A stretch of DNA of 55,560 bases, taken from NCBI GenBank assembly GCA_037141235.1, contig JBAXCY010000001.1, forward strand, positions 1 to 55,560, in the 5' to 3' direction. The position numbers were made by a program, and so were the translations under genes. Positions 1 to 8,800 of this stretch are shown here, piece by piece. Position 1 is the stretch's first letter. Each line of letters starts with the position of its first letter. The notes beneath the pieces were generated by a model. The model searched no databases, had not been told where the DNA came from, and saw only the letters and a list, made by a program, of their open reading frames with translations. The stretch is from Acidimicrobiales bacterium. GTDB taxonomy: Bacteria; Actinomycetota; Acidimicrobiia; Acidimicrobiales; RAAP-2.

Positions 1-109
1 CGTGGTCGAAGGACGAGGTGATCGCCGCCTTCGCCTCGGCGTTGGCGCTCGAGACCCGAGCGACACGAGCGACCTGAGCGACCAGTTCGACCGGGACGGC
101 GCTGCGCGC

Positions 110-874
110 TCAGCCGATGAAGGCCCGCAGGATGGCCAGCACTCCGCTGATCAACAGCACGATGTCCACCAGATGGATGAAGTGGTTGTTGTGGAGCTTC
201 CCCGAGACGGTGTTCCCCACCGCCCAGCCCATCAATCCGAGCGGCAGGGTGAGGACGAAGGCGGCCACCGCTGGCCGGTGCACCGCTCCTGATACCACCA
301 GGATCACCAGCCCCACCACGTTCGAGATGGTGAAGACGGCCGACAGCGTCGATCGGAAAGCATCGGTCGCCATCCCTCGCGCCCGCAGGTAGACGACCAG
401 CGGGGGCCCGTTGGTGGCCAACGCCGTGTTGAGCACGCCGCTGAGCGCCCCGACGGCATAGGTGGCCGACGGGCGGACCACCAGATCAGCCCGCCGCTTG
501 GTGGCGGGGTGGAGCATCCACAGCGCGGCCGTACAAGTGGCCACCCCAAGTGCGATGCGGAGCACGCCGGCCGATGCCGTAATCAAGATGAGCGCACCTA
601 GCGGCATGGCCACCACCGCTCCTGCACTCAGGCGCCACGTCTCGGGTCGGTCAATGTGGTCGTGGTGGCGGGCTGCGATCAGCAGGCTCGACACGGTGCC
701 GTGCAAGAAGACAATCACCACGGCTGCTTGGGGCGGGATCACCAGTGCCATCAGCGGCACAGCCAGCAGGGCGAATCCAAATCCGGCCGTGGCCTGGACG
801 AACCCGGCCACCAGCGTGATAGCCCCCAGCACCAAGAGGATCCACACCTCGATGCCCCACACGGTCACCGTCAC
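110..874 (-). CDS. TauE/SafE (DUF81) family anion exporter-type membrane protein
   Basis: 254-aa ORF made almost entirely of hydrophobic helices. Gly-rich TM segments 'GFVQATAGFGFALLAVPLM' and 'GALSGVLNTALATNGPPLVVYL' match the two-halves pattern of TauE/SafE permeases. Lies 30 bp downstream of ureC on the same strand. Confidence 0.7.
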   Translation of the reverse strand: MTVTVWGIEVWILLVLGAITLVAGFVQATAGFGFALLAVPLMALVIPPQAAVVIVFLHGTVSSLLIAARHHDHIDRPETWRLSAGAVVAMPLGALILITASAGVLRIALGVATCTAALWMLHPATKRRADLVVRPSATYAVGALSGVLNTALATNGPPLVVYLRARGMATDAFRSTLSAVFTISNVVGLVILVVSGAVHRPAVAAFVLTLPLGLMGWAVGNTVSGKLHNNHFIHLVDIVLLISGVLAILRAFIG

Positions 875-904
875 GATGGGTCCATCTAAGAAGCCACCAG
901 AGAC

Positions 905-2596
905 CTAGAGGAAGTAGAGCCGCTGCAGCGGCACATCATCGGTTGCCTCGAAGTGCATCCGCTCCCCGTCCAAGGTCACCTGGGCCGACACCGGGTCTAC
1001 TTCGACACTGCCCAGGCGCCCATTGCGCACCATGGCCGAAAGACGGATGTCGCGGCAGCCCTGGACGGCCACCCGGCGCCTGTGAGTGGGCCATGGATCG
1101 GACTCGGCTTCGGTGGCCGCCATATTGGTGAAGAGCACCGACAACTCGGCCGGGGCGGCCCCCATGCCGCCGAACTGCGGGCCATAGCGCATGGGCTGGG
1201 CCGATTCGGTGGTGGCGTTGGGATCGCCGATGCGTCCCCAGGCGGGCAGGCCGCCCTTGATGACGAGGGCAGGTTTGGCGCCGAACGATGCCGGAGGCCA
1301 CAGCACGACATCAGCCAGACGACCCGGCGACAGGCTTCCGATCTCGTGACTGAGGCCGTGGGCCAGTGCTGGGTTGATGGTGATCTTGGCCAGGAAGCGC
1401 AGCACCCGGTCATTGTCGTGGCCGGTCGGATCGACCAACTCGGCCCCGGGTGCGCCCTTGGTGACCGAAGCCACGGCAAAGGTGCGCCGCCAGTTCTCTC
1501 CGGCGCGGCCCATCCCGAGCGCGTCCGAACTGGTGATGGGGATTACCCCTAGATCGTGGAGGAGGTTTTCGGCGCCCATGGTTTCGGCGCGGACCCGGTC
1601 GTGCACCAGGGCCAGGTCCCCGGGGATGTCTGGGTTGAGTCCGTGGACGCTGACGATCATGGCCACGTGCTCGTCCAAGGCATTGATGCCGTAGGGCAGG
1701 GTGGGGTTGGTGGAGGAGCCGATCACATGGTCGACTCCGGCCAGGCGCAGTACGTCAGGGGCGTGGCCTCCTCCGCACCCCTCCACGTGGAAGGCGTGCA
1801 CCACCCGGCCATCGGTCACGGCCAGCGTGTCATCGACGGTCAGTCCCTCGTTGAGTCCGTCGGTGTGCAGGCAGACCTGCACGTCGAACTCCTCAGCCGC
1901 ATCCAATGCGGTGTCCAGCGTGCGCAGGTGGGCCCCGGTGTCCTCGTGCACCTTGAAGCCGCACACTCCGGCTTCGAGCTGCTCTAACAGGGGGTCCCGG
2001 TGGGCCGACGAACCTCGACCCAGCACGCCCACGTTGACCGGCCAGGCGTCCAAGGAGGCATATCCCTGGCGGAGCACGGTGGGTGATCCCACCCCGACGC
2101 CCCACATGGGGCCGAGCTCTTGGGTCAGGATGGTGGTGATGCCGCTGGCCAGGGCCGCCTCGAACACCCGGGGAGTCATCCCGTGGACATGGGTGTCGAT
2201 ACCTCCGGCGGTGGCGATGAGCCCCTCACCGGGAATGACCTGGGTACCGCTACCCACCACCACGTCGATGCCGTCGGTGATGTCCGGGTTTCCCGCTCGG
2301 CCCACCCCTGCGATCCGGCCGTTGCGGATGCCGATCGAGGTGGCCCGCACCCCAAGCAGCGGGTCGAGCACCAGCACGTTGGAGATGACGACGTCGCACG
2401 ACTCCGAGGTGCGCACAGAACGCAGTCCCATACCGTCCCGACCGGTCCGACCGAAGCCGAACAGCAGCTCATCGCCTATGGCACGGTCGTCGGCCTCGAC
2501 CTCGACTTCGAGCCCGGTATCGCCCAACCGGACCCGGTCACCCAGGCGAGCACCGTTGACGGCCCGGTCCTCGCTGCCTACGTAGCGGCGAGTCAT
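905..2596 (-). CDS. ureC: Urease alpha subunit (divergent)
   Basis: 563 aa with the urease alpha hallmarks: 'DTHVHG' (HxH), 'GFKVHEDTG' (carbamylated Lys plus His), 'LHTDGLNE', 'HVEGCGGGHAPD', 'VSVHGL' (catalytic His) and 'SSDALGMGR' (Asp). Start overlaps the ureAB stop as ATGA at 2593-2596. Confidence 0.85.
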   Translation of the reverse strand: MTRRYVGSEDRAVNGARLGDRVRLGDTGLEVEVEADDRAIGDELLFGFGRTGRDGMGLRSVRTSESCDVVISNVLVLDPLLGVRATSIGIRNGRIAGVGRAGNPDITDGIDVVVGSGTQVIPGEGLIATAGGIDTHVHGMTPRVFEAALASGITTILTQELGPMWGVGVGSPTVLRQGYASLDAWPVNVGVLGRGSSAHRDPLLEQLEAGVCGFKVHEDTGAHLRTLDTALDAAEEFDVQVCLHTDGLNEGLTVDDTLAVTDGRVVHAFHVEGCGGGHAPDVLRLAGVDHVIGSSTNPTLPYGINALDEHVAMIVSVHGLNPDIPGDLALVHDRVRAETMGAENLLHDLGVIPITSSDALGMGRAGENWRRTFAVASVTKGAPGAELVDPTGHDNDRVLRFLAKITINPALAHGLSHEIGSLSPGRLADVVLWPPASFGAKPALVIKGGLPAWGRIGDPNATTESAQPMRYGPQFGGMGAAPAELSVLFTNMAATEAESDPWPTHRRRVAVQGCRDIRLSAMVRNGRLGSVEVDPVSAQVTLDGERMHFEATDDVPLQRLYFL

Positions 2597-3471
2597 CGGC
2601 CGTCCCTGTCGGTGACGCCTGTGCCGCTCGGGTTCGCGTCGCCATCTGACGAGACACCCGACGTCACACCCGACGTCACACCCGACCCACGCATCGACCG
2701 TGCGTGGATCGACTCGATCGATCGAGCCGCCGCGCCCGAGGCGCTGTCGGAGCCGTGACGGTCAGGGGCTCCGGTGTCAGCGAACCCGCACGCCCAGGCT
2801 CGCTCGAGTGCCTGCTCCAACGCCCCTGGTGCATCCAAGGGGCCGTCGACCAGGCCTGCGAATCCGATGATGACGCGATGACCCCCGAACGGGACGAGCT
2901 CCACCGTCTTGGTCGCACCGGGGTCGAAGCGCACAACGGCCCCCGCTGGTACCGCCAGGCGTCGCCCGAACGAGGCCCGTCGGTCGAACCGGAGCCGGGG
3001 GTTGGACTCGAAGAAGTGGAAGTGAGAGGTGACCGAGATCGCTACCGAGGCCTCGTTGGTGACCTCGACGAGTACCACGTCCGTATCCGCCACTCCCGCG
3101 TCGCCAGCAGTGTCGGGGTCTGAGGCAGCCACGATGACCGCGCCGGGCGCCTGGTCTCCCAGGTGGCCACCACCTACCGGATCGGGCACGGTGACCAGGC
3201 GGGACCCGTCGGAAAAGACAGCCTCCACCTGGACCTGGGTCACGATGTCGGCCACACCGGGCAGAACGTCATCGGGTCCGACCACCCGGCGTCCGACCTC
3301 GAGCGCCTCAGTGACCCGGAGTCCGTCGCGGGCCGCCTCGGCCACGGCATCGGCCACCACGGCGATGGTCTCGGGCACGTTGAGCCGCAGACCCCGGTCG
3401 CGACGAGAGCGAGCCAGCATTGCCGCCAGGTGCAGCAGCAGCCGGTCTGTCTCGGTCGGGGTGAGGTCCAC
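2593..3471 (-). CDS. ureAB: Fused urease gamma/beta subunit with a repeat-containing C-terminal tail
   Basis: N-terminal about 100 aa 'MDLTPTETDRLLLHLAAMLARSRRDRGLRLNVPETIAVV...VEAVFSDGSRLVTV' is UreA-like. The following 'SHFHFFESNPRLRFDRRASFGRRLAVPAGAVVRFDPG...VELVPFGG' is UreB-like. GTG start lies 2 nt after the aguA stop. About 80 extra C-terminal residues include 'GVTSGVTSGV'. Confidence 0.8.
   Translation of the reverse strand: MDLTPTETDRLLLHLAAMLARSRRDRGLRLNVPETIAVVADAVAEAARDGLRVTEALEVGRRVVGPDDVLPGVADIVTQVQVEAVFSDGSRLVTVPDPVGGGHLGDQAPGAVIVAASDPDTAGDAGVADTDVVLVEVTNEASVAISVTSHFHFFESNPRLRFDRRASFGRRLAVPAGAVVRFDPGATKTVELVPFGGHRVIIGFAGLVDGPLDAPGALEQALERAWACGFADTGAPDRHGSDSASGAAARSIESIHARSMRGSGVTSGVTSGVSSDGDANPSGTGVTDRDGR
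2654..2686. repeat. 12-bp in-frame tandem repeat (about 2.7 copies of acacccgacgtc) inside the ureAB tail
   Basis: Direct reading gives acacccgacgtc acacccgacgtc acacccgac. Encodes (GVTS)n on the minus strand. Confidence 0.8.
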
Positions 3472-3473
3472 GC

Positions 3474-4493
3474 TCAGCCGTCCGTGATGACCGAGGCTGG
3501 CTGCTGCTGAGTGATGCAGTGGATGCCACCCCCGCGGTCGAAGATCGGCCGGGCGTCGACCAGGACGATCTCCCGGTCCGGATAGCAGTGTCGGAGGATG
3601 TCGGCCGCCACCTCGTCGGACGGATCGTCGAACGACCCCAAGATCACCCCGCCGTTGACCACGTAGTGGTTGATGTAGCTGTAGTCGACCCAGCCCCGGC
3701 CGTCGCGGAGCACAGTCGGAGCGGGCACGGCCACCAGTTCGACCCCGGGGATGCCGCGCAGTATCTCGGCCACCTCGCCACTCACCTCGAAGTCAGGATG
3801 GGACGGATCCCGTTGGTCGTGGAAGAGAAGGGTGTCGGGGCCGGCAAAGCAGGCCACGATGTCGACGTGGCCCTGAGTGCCGAAATCGTCGTAGTCCCGC
3901 GTGAGTCCACGGGGCAGCCAGTAGGCGGTGCTCGTGCCAAGCGTGCGGGCCATCTCGGCCTCGACCTGAGCGCGGGACCAATCGGGGTTGCGTCCTTCAC
4001 CGCGCTGCACGGTCTCGGTCAACAGAATGGTGCCCCGGCCGTCGACGTGGATCCCACCGCCCTCGTTCACCATCGATGAGCTGATCACCGCCGTGTTGGC
4101 TACCTGGGCCACGGTATCGGCGATGAGGGCGTCCTGGTCCCAGGTGGACCAACCCTGGGCCCCCCATCCATTGAAGCGCCAACTCACGGCGGCCACTGCA
4201 CCATCGTCGAGCACGAAGGTCGGACCCATGTCGCGGATCCAGGAGTCGTCGAGCGGGGCTGACACCAGGTCGATGGCTGGGTCGAGCAGACGGCGAGCGC
4301 CATCGATGTCGCCTGGATCGACCACCATGCGCAGCGGCTCGAATCTGACAACCGCACCGGCCACGGCAGCCCAGGCTCGGCGCATCGCCTCCACCCCGTC
4401 CGCATCGAGGTCGAAGGTGCTCGGACCCTCAGTGGGCCACGCCATCCAGGAGGCCTCATGGGCTTCCCATTCCGCCGGCATTCTCCTGGTCAC
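3474..4493 (-). CDS. aguA: Agmatine deiminase
   Basis: 339 aa with 'MPAEWEAHEASWMAWP', 'WIRDMGPTFV', 'EGGGIHVDGRGTILLTE', 'GHVDIVACF' and C-terminal 'GGGIHCITQQQP'. These are the signature blocks of agmatine deiminase (PAD_porph family). Confidence 0.85.
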   Translation of the reverse strand: MTRRMPAEWEAHEASWMAWPTEGPSTFDLDADGVEAMRRAWAAVAGAVVRFEPLRMVVDPGDIDGARRLLDPAIDLVSAPLDDSWIRDMGPTFVLDDGAVAAVSWRFNGWGAQGWSTWDQDALIADTVAQVANTAVISSSMVNEGGGIHVDGRGTILLTETVQRGEGRNPDWSRAQVEAEMARTLGTSTAYWLPRGLTRDYDDFGTQGHVDIVACFAGPDTLLFHDQRDPSHPDFEVSGEVAEILRGIPGVELVAVPAPTVLRDGRGWVDYSYINHYVVNGGVILGSFDDPSDEVAADILRHCYPDREIVLVDARPIFDRGGGIHCITQQQPASVITDG

Positions 4494-4546
4494 GTCGTCC
4501 TCCCCGTCACAGGATCGCCCTCGGATCCGAATCCATCACGACACCA

Positions 4547-5197
4547 TCACCGTATGTCTCCCAAGGGAATGTTGGGGTCGTGATGCGGCAGGGGCACGCG
4601 GAGCCAAGCAGCAATGTGCGGGATGGTCCAGGCCAGCACCGGACCCGTCAGGGCCACGAAGATCACCGTGACGACGTTGATCGGTCCTCGCAGGACGAGG
4701 GCGATCACCAAGAGCACCGCCTCGATCCCCCATCGAGCACGGTGGATCCTTGCCCCCTTCGCCACCATGGCCAGCATGAGCTCCTCGAGGCATCCCGCCC
4801 CTAGGTCCGACAAGACGTACCCGGTCACCCCTAGGTAGAGGATGGCCAGCGCCAACGCGGCCAGCACACCCCTCCCCAAAATGCCCTGCGGTGACGGCAG
4901 TACTACCAGGCCGACATTGATGACGAGCCCGATGAAGAAGGCGACCAGCACCGTGCCCACCTTGGGTCGCCGCCCCAAGATCCAGGCCAGCACCAGCACC
5001 AGTCCAGCGTTGATCCACGAGCACGCCCCCACCGACAGGCCGGTCTTGGCCGCTACCCCGGCGTTGATGGCATCCAGCGGGTCCGTTCCCAGCCGGGCCT
5101 GCAGGAGCCCAGCGATCCCCATTCCGGTGAAGACGGTCCCGAGCAGGTAGATGGCGAGCCTGGTGACGAACACCCGATCTACATCAGCACGCTTCAT
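4547..5197 (-). CDS. YczE/YitT-like integral membrane protein
   Basis: The track ORF (4547..5533) runs through a tRNA gene. The internal ATG at 5197 gives a 216-aa protein 'MKRADVDRVFVTRLAIYLLGTVFTGMGIAGLLQARLGTDPLDA...' with about 5-6 TM helices, which resembles the YczE family. Confidence 0.5.
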   Translation of the reverse strand: MKRADVDRVFVTRLAIYLLGTVFTGMGIAGLLQARLGTDPLDAINAGVAAKTGLSVGACSWINAGLVLVLAWILGRRPKVGTVLVAFFIGLVINVGLVVLPSPQGILGRGVLAALALAILYLGVTGYVLSDLGAGCLEELMLAMVAKGARIHRARWGIEAVLLVIALVLRGPINVVTVIFVALTGPVLAWTIPHIAAWLRVPLPHHDPNIPLGDIR

Positions 5198-5335
5198 CGA
5201 GGCGATCTCACGTCGGCTGGATCGCGGGGTACAAACTGGCAACCACGGGCGACGCCACTGGACGCCAGAAGTGCGACGGTTGCAGTGGGGCAATCGGACG
5301 GCACCCTGGTGATGGTAGGTCGCCACGACCGGTAG

Positions 5336-5409
5336 TGGGGACGGAGGGGGTCGAACCCTCACTGGGGGCGGTTTAAGCGCCCTGCCTCTGCCAATTGGGC
5401 TACGTCCCC
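5336..5409 (-). tRNA. 74-nt class I tRNA with anticodon UAA (nominally Leu, but with a short variable loop)
   Basis: The reverse complement folds as a cloverleaf. Acceptor GGGGACG/CGTCCCC. D arm GCCC-AATTGGCAG-AGGC. Anticodon stem GGGCG/CGCCC with loop CTTAAAC. 5-nt variable loop CCAGT. T arm GAGGG-TTCGACC-CCCTC. Discriminator A. No encoded CCA. Confidence 0.75.
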
Positions 5410-5492
5410 TGGTGCATGCGACTGTAGGCCCATACCGCCGGCCGAGCGGTCCTTCGGGGCGCGTATCGACGTCTGGGCGTCCCACGGAGTCC

Positions 5493-7103
5493 TCAGTTGG
5501 AGCGGTGCCCGGGGTACTCTCCCACCACTGCATCGACGGCCACCAGTTCGACTACTCGAGGAGCATCCACCGGATGGACGAGTCCATCAGACCCGGGCCA
5601 CGGACCGAGCACTGTGGTCGGACGACGGTCGATCTCCCACTGCTGCCACGGCTGCGATCCGGCACCCGCCATGTCACAGACGGGCACGCCGGTACGAGCA
5701 AACGACGTCCAGGCCTGGCGCATCGACACCGACAGCGCCAGGGCCTCGTCTCCCCCACCCGAGAACCCCTGGACCATCGGGTTCTTCACCGTCCCGAACA
5801 CGAACGGGATCTCGAGTGCGTGACACGAACCCAACACCCCGCCGAAGGCCGGTGACTCCCAGGTGAACAGGTAGCAGAACGTGCCCACCCCTGTACCAGC
5901 GGCAGCGCGGTGGGCATCGGCCAACCGGACCGTGCCCACTCGAAAGACGACCTCGGTGGCAATGGCCGACCACAGGTCGCGTGGCTCCACCGACTCGCCT
6001 CGCTCGGCCCGGGCCGTCTGTACGGCGGCGATCACGCTGTCGGTTGCCTCGGGGTCGGGGTCGACCCGCCGCATCCAGTGGCGCAGACCCTCCATGTCCA
6101 ACGACATCAGCTTCGGGCTCCCGAGGACGAAGAAGGCCGACTCGTCTCGCGTGGTACCGATGAGGAGCGGCACTTGGGCCGATGATCCGCTGGCTACGGC
6201 AACTATCGGAGGAACAGGCAGGAACCGCCCATCGACTACCGGAGTGACCAGGAGACCCGATTCGCTCTCGCCGGCCACATCGGAAAGCGCTCCGGCCGCG
6301 GCCACGAGCACGTCGGCCGGCAGTTTGGTCAATGCCTCCCGTGTGCACTCCACGCCAAGGTGGGCGGCCAACCGCTCCGCCCGATCAGAGGCCAGGTCTG
6401 GCGAACACGTGTAGGGGGGCCCGCTCTCCACGATGGCTCGGTGGAACAGCCCACCAGCCGCAGGGACGGCCAGCAACGTGGCCACACTCATCCCTCCTGC
6501 TGACTCGCCGAACAGGGTCACATTGTCAGGATCGCCACCGAAGTCGGCGATGTGGTCGCGCACCCAGGCCAAGGCGGCCACCTGGTCGGCCAGTCCCCAG
6601 TTGCCCACACCCGACCACTCGGCCCCATCCAGCCAGGTCTGACCAGGATCGTCGAGGGCCGGATGAGCCAGGAACCCGAGGAATCCGAGGCGGTAGTTGA
6701 TAGTGACCACCACGACGTCGCCCTCGCTGGCCAGTACACCGCCCCGATAGAGGCCACCCGAGCCCGAGCCGGTCATGAACGAGCCACCGTGGACCCACAC
6801 CATCACCGGCCGGCGTCCACCGTCGAGCCCCGGGGTCCACAGGTTGAGGTTGAGACAGTCCTCGGAGTACTCCTCGAGGGTGCCCCCGAGCGCCTGCTCC
6901 ATCGTCCCCGGGGACTGCGGTGCCGCCGGGCCGAACCGGTCACACTCCCGGATCCCGACCCATGGCTCGGGTGGGGCAGGTGGACGCCAGCGTCGCTCGC
7001 CACCGGTGGGCGCACCGTAGGGGATGCCGGAGAACGCCCAGACGCCACCACGCTCTGTGCCCTGCACTCGGCCGCCTCGTACCTCGACTACACCGTCCAC
7101 CAC
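5493..7103 (-). CDS. Carboxylesterase type B (para-nitrobenzyl esterase-like)
   Basis: 536 aa. N-terminal 'GIPYGAPTGGERRWRPP', oxyanion 'VWVHGGSFMTGSG', nucleophile elbow 'FGESAGGMSV'. GTG start. Confidence 0.8.
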   Translation of the reverse strand: MVDGVVEVRGGRVQGTERGGVWAFSGIPYGAPTGGERRWRPPAPPEPWVGIRECDRFGPAAPQSPGTMEQALGGTLEEYSEDCLNLNLWTPGLDGGRRPVMVWVHGGSFMTGSGSGGLYRGGVLASEGDVVVVTINYRLGFLGFLAHPALDDPGQTWLDGAEWSGVGNWGLADQVAALAWVRDHIADFGGDPDNVTLFGESAGGMSVATLLAVPAAGGLFHRAIVESGPPYTCSPDLASDRAERLAAHLGVECTREALTKLPADVLVAAAGALSDVAGESESGLLVTPVVDGRFLPVPPIVAVASGSSAQVPLLIGTTRDESAFFVLGSPKLMSLDMEGLRHWMRRVDPDPEATDSVIAAVQTARAERGESVEPRDLWSAIATEVVFRVGTVRLADAHRAAAGTGVGTFCYLFTWESPAFGGVLGSCHALEIPFVFGTVKNPMVQGFSGGGDEALALSVSMRQAWTSFARTGVPVCDMAGAGSQPWQQWEIDRRPTTVLGPWPGSDGLVHPVDAPRVVELVAVDAVVGEYPGHRSN

Positions 7104-7419
7104 TCCGACCTCCAGTTCGACAGGAATTGTGTCGATGACACAACCAACTTACCCACCCATAGACTCTGCAGGCACCCAGGCGGAGACCGACCCAGGGCAG
7201 ACGTCACATGACACCTCTCCAAGACACCCACGACACCCAAAGCCCCACGAGGCGGACATACGCACTGAACTGCGCCTATGTAGCCACGCGTCCTTGTTTC
7301 GTTGGGGTCGAGGGCGGTACTGTGCGCCGGTGGGCACGATGAGGGCAGCGCCAGGCACGCGCTCCTCCCTGCGGGCAGGACTCGTTGGCCGAGGCCCAGC
7401 CCCGCACCGCTCGGTGCGC

Positions 7420-8784
7420 ATGCGCCGTCGGCCCACTGCCGTGATCGCTTTGGCCATCGCCACGGGATGCGCCGCCGCCACGGGCATGATCCCTCTGACG
7501 GCAAGTGAGCCAGCGGGGGCCGTTGGGGTTGCCACCACGACTACGACTACGACTACGACTACCGTCCCGGCTCCAGGGACGATCGCCGCCGGTGAGGCGC
7601 AAGTGATCGCCATCGGGGCGCAGATCGCCGAGCAGCAGGCCGCCCTTGGTGCCGCCACAGAAGCCTACAACCGGGCCAGCAGTCAGTTGGATGCCACCAA
7701 GGCGGCTCTGGCTGCCACCAACGCCTCGCTCGATGCCCAGCGGGCCAAGCTCGATGCGGCGCGCGCCGTGCTCCGCAAGGACGTCGTGCAGTCCTACATC
7801 GAGGGGACGTCCTCGTTGGCCATCGCCCGCATGTTTGCTGCACCATCAGGTAGTGCACAGACCCGCGCCCTCTACCAGCACCTCGGGATCGGCGACCTAG
7901 CCCAAGAGGTGGCAAAGGTGCAGTCCGGCCAACGCTCCCTGGCTGCTACCCAGTCCAAACTGCAGGCCGAAGAGCAGAGCCAAGCCACCCAAGCGGCCGC
8001 CGCCAACCAGGCCGCTCAACAAGCCAACGCCGCCGCGCTCCAATCGCAAGCCACACTGGACCAGGTGAAGGGAACCTTGGCCCAGGAGATCGCCCAGCAG
8101 GCGGCCGCTACGGCCGCCGCCGCTGCCGCCGCCGCCGCCCAAGCCACCACCCCGTCAGATCGACAGGCTGCAGCCGCCCAGGCGTCCCAAGCCGCCCAGG
8201 TGGCCAGCACGGTCAGTGGAGGAAGTGCTGCGGCTGCCAGTGCCAACGATGCCGCTAACAAAGCGGCGGCCTCGGCCGGGGCCGGGTCCACGAGCAGTGC
8301 CGCCTCGGCGGCCACCACCGCCACCACTGCACCTACCACCTCGCCCACCACCTCGCCCGTGAACACCGGCCCGGTGTCAGCCTCCGGGGGAACCAACGCG
8401 GCCGGTCTAGCCGCCGTGCATGGCGCCATGCGCTACCTGGGGGTTCCGTATGCATGGGGAGGCACCAGCTCAGCCGGTATCGACTGCTCGGGGCTGACCA
8501 TGCGGGCCTGGGCCAGCGCCGGTGTGTCGTTGCCCCACTCGGCTGCCCTGCAATATGCGAACTTCCCCCACGTCAGCCTCACGGCTTTGCAGCCGGGCGA
8601 CCTGCTCTTCTTCAACATGGACGGCACCGGCATCGACCACGTGGTCATGTACGTCGGGGCCACACTCGATGGCAAGGCCACCGCCTATGGCGCCCAGACG
8701 ATGATCCAAGCCGCACACACCGGGACGGTGGTGACGTTCAATCCCCTCTGGTACTTCGGGTTGGTCGGTGCCTCCCGACCCTGA
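7420..8784 (+). CDS. Secreted NlpC/P60 peptidoglycan endopeptidase with coiled-coil N-domain (RipA-like)
   Basis: Start chosen at 'MRRRPTAVIALAIATGCAAATG' (signal peptide). Long Ala/Gln-rich coiled-coil region. C-terminal 'YLGVPYAWGGTSSAGIDCSGLTMRAW...GDLLFF...IDHVVMYVG' is the NlpC/P60 Cys-His core. Confidence 0.8.
   Translation: MRRRPTAVIALAIATGCAAATGMIPLTASEPAGAVGVATTTTTTTTTTVPAPGTIAAGEAQVIAIGAQIAEQQAALGAATEAYNRASSQLDATKAALAATNASLDAQRAKLDAARAVLRKDVVQSYIEGTSSLAIARMFAAPSGSAQTRALYQHLGIGDLAQEVAKVQSGQRSLAATQSKLQAEEQSQATQAAAANQAAQQANAAALQSQATLDQVKGTLAQEIAQQAAATAAAAAAAAAQATTPSDRQAAAAQASQAAQVASTVSGGSAAAASANDAANKAAASAGAGSTSSAASAATTATTAPTTSPTTSPVNTGPVSASGGTNAAGLAAVHGAMRYLGVPYAWGGTSSAGIDCSGLTMRAWASAGVSLPHSAALQYANFPHVSLTALQPGDLLFFNMDGTGIDHVVMYVGATLDGKATAYGAQTMIQAAHTGTVVTFNPLWYFGLVGASRP
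7537..7560. repeat. (acgact)x4 in-frame microsatellite encoding a poly-Thr linker
   Basis: Direct reading. Encodes TTTTTTTTT just after the signal peptide of the NlpC/P60 protein. Confidence 0.85.
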
Positions 8785-8800
8785 GCCGAACGGACCGCCG

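Noticed and set aside
5198-5533. N-terminal 112-aa extension of the track ORF 4547..5533.
   Set aside because: The extension runs straight through the tRNA gene (5336-5409) and is Arg/Pro-rich. The membrane protein has a sensible ATG at 5197.
7104-7419. Possible ydaO-type (cyclic-di-AMP) riboswitch in the roughly 300-nt leader of the NlpC/P60 gene, as is often found upstream of actinobacterial cell-wall hydrolases.
   Set aside because: I could not find the conserved core strings as I remember them (for example the ...CAGCUAACC... and GGGGACCCA-type blocks). Only generic G-rich runs and a small hairpin (gcacc-gctc-ggtgc) lie near the start. A covariance-model scan is needed before any claim.
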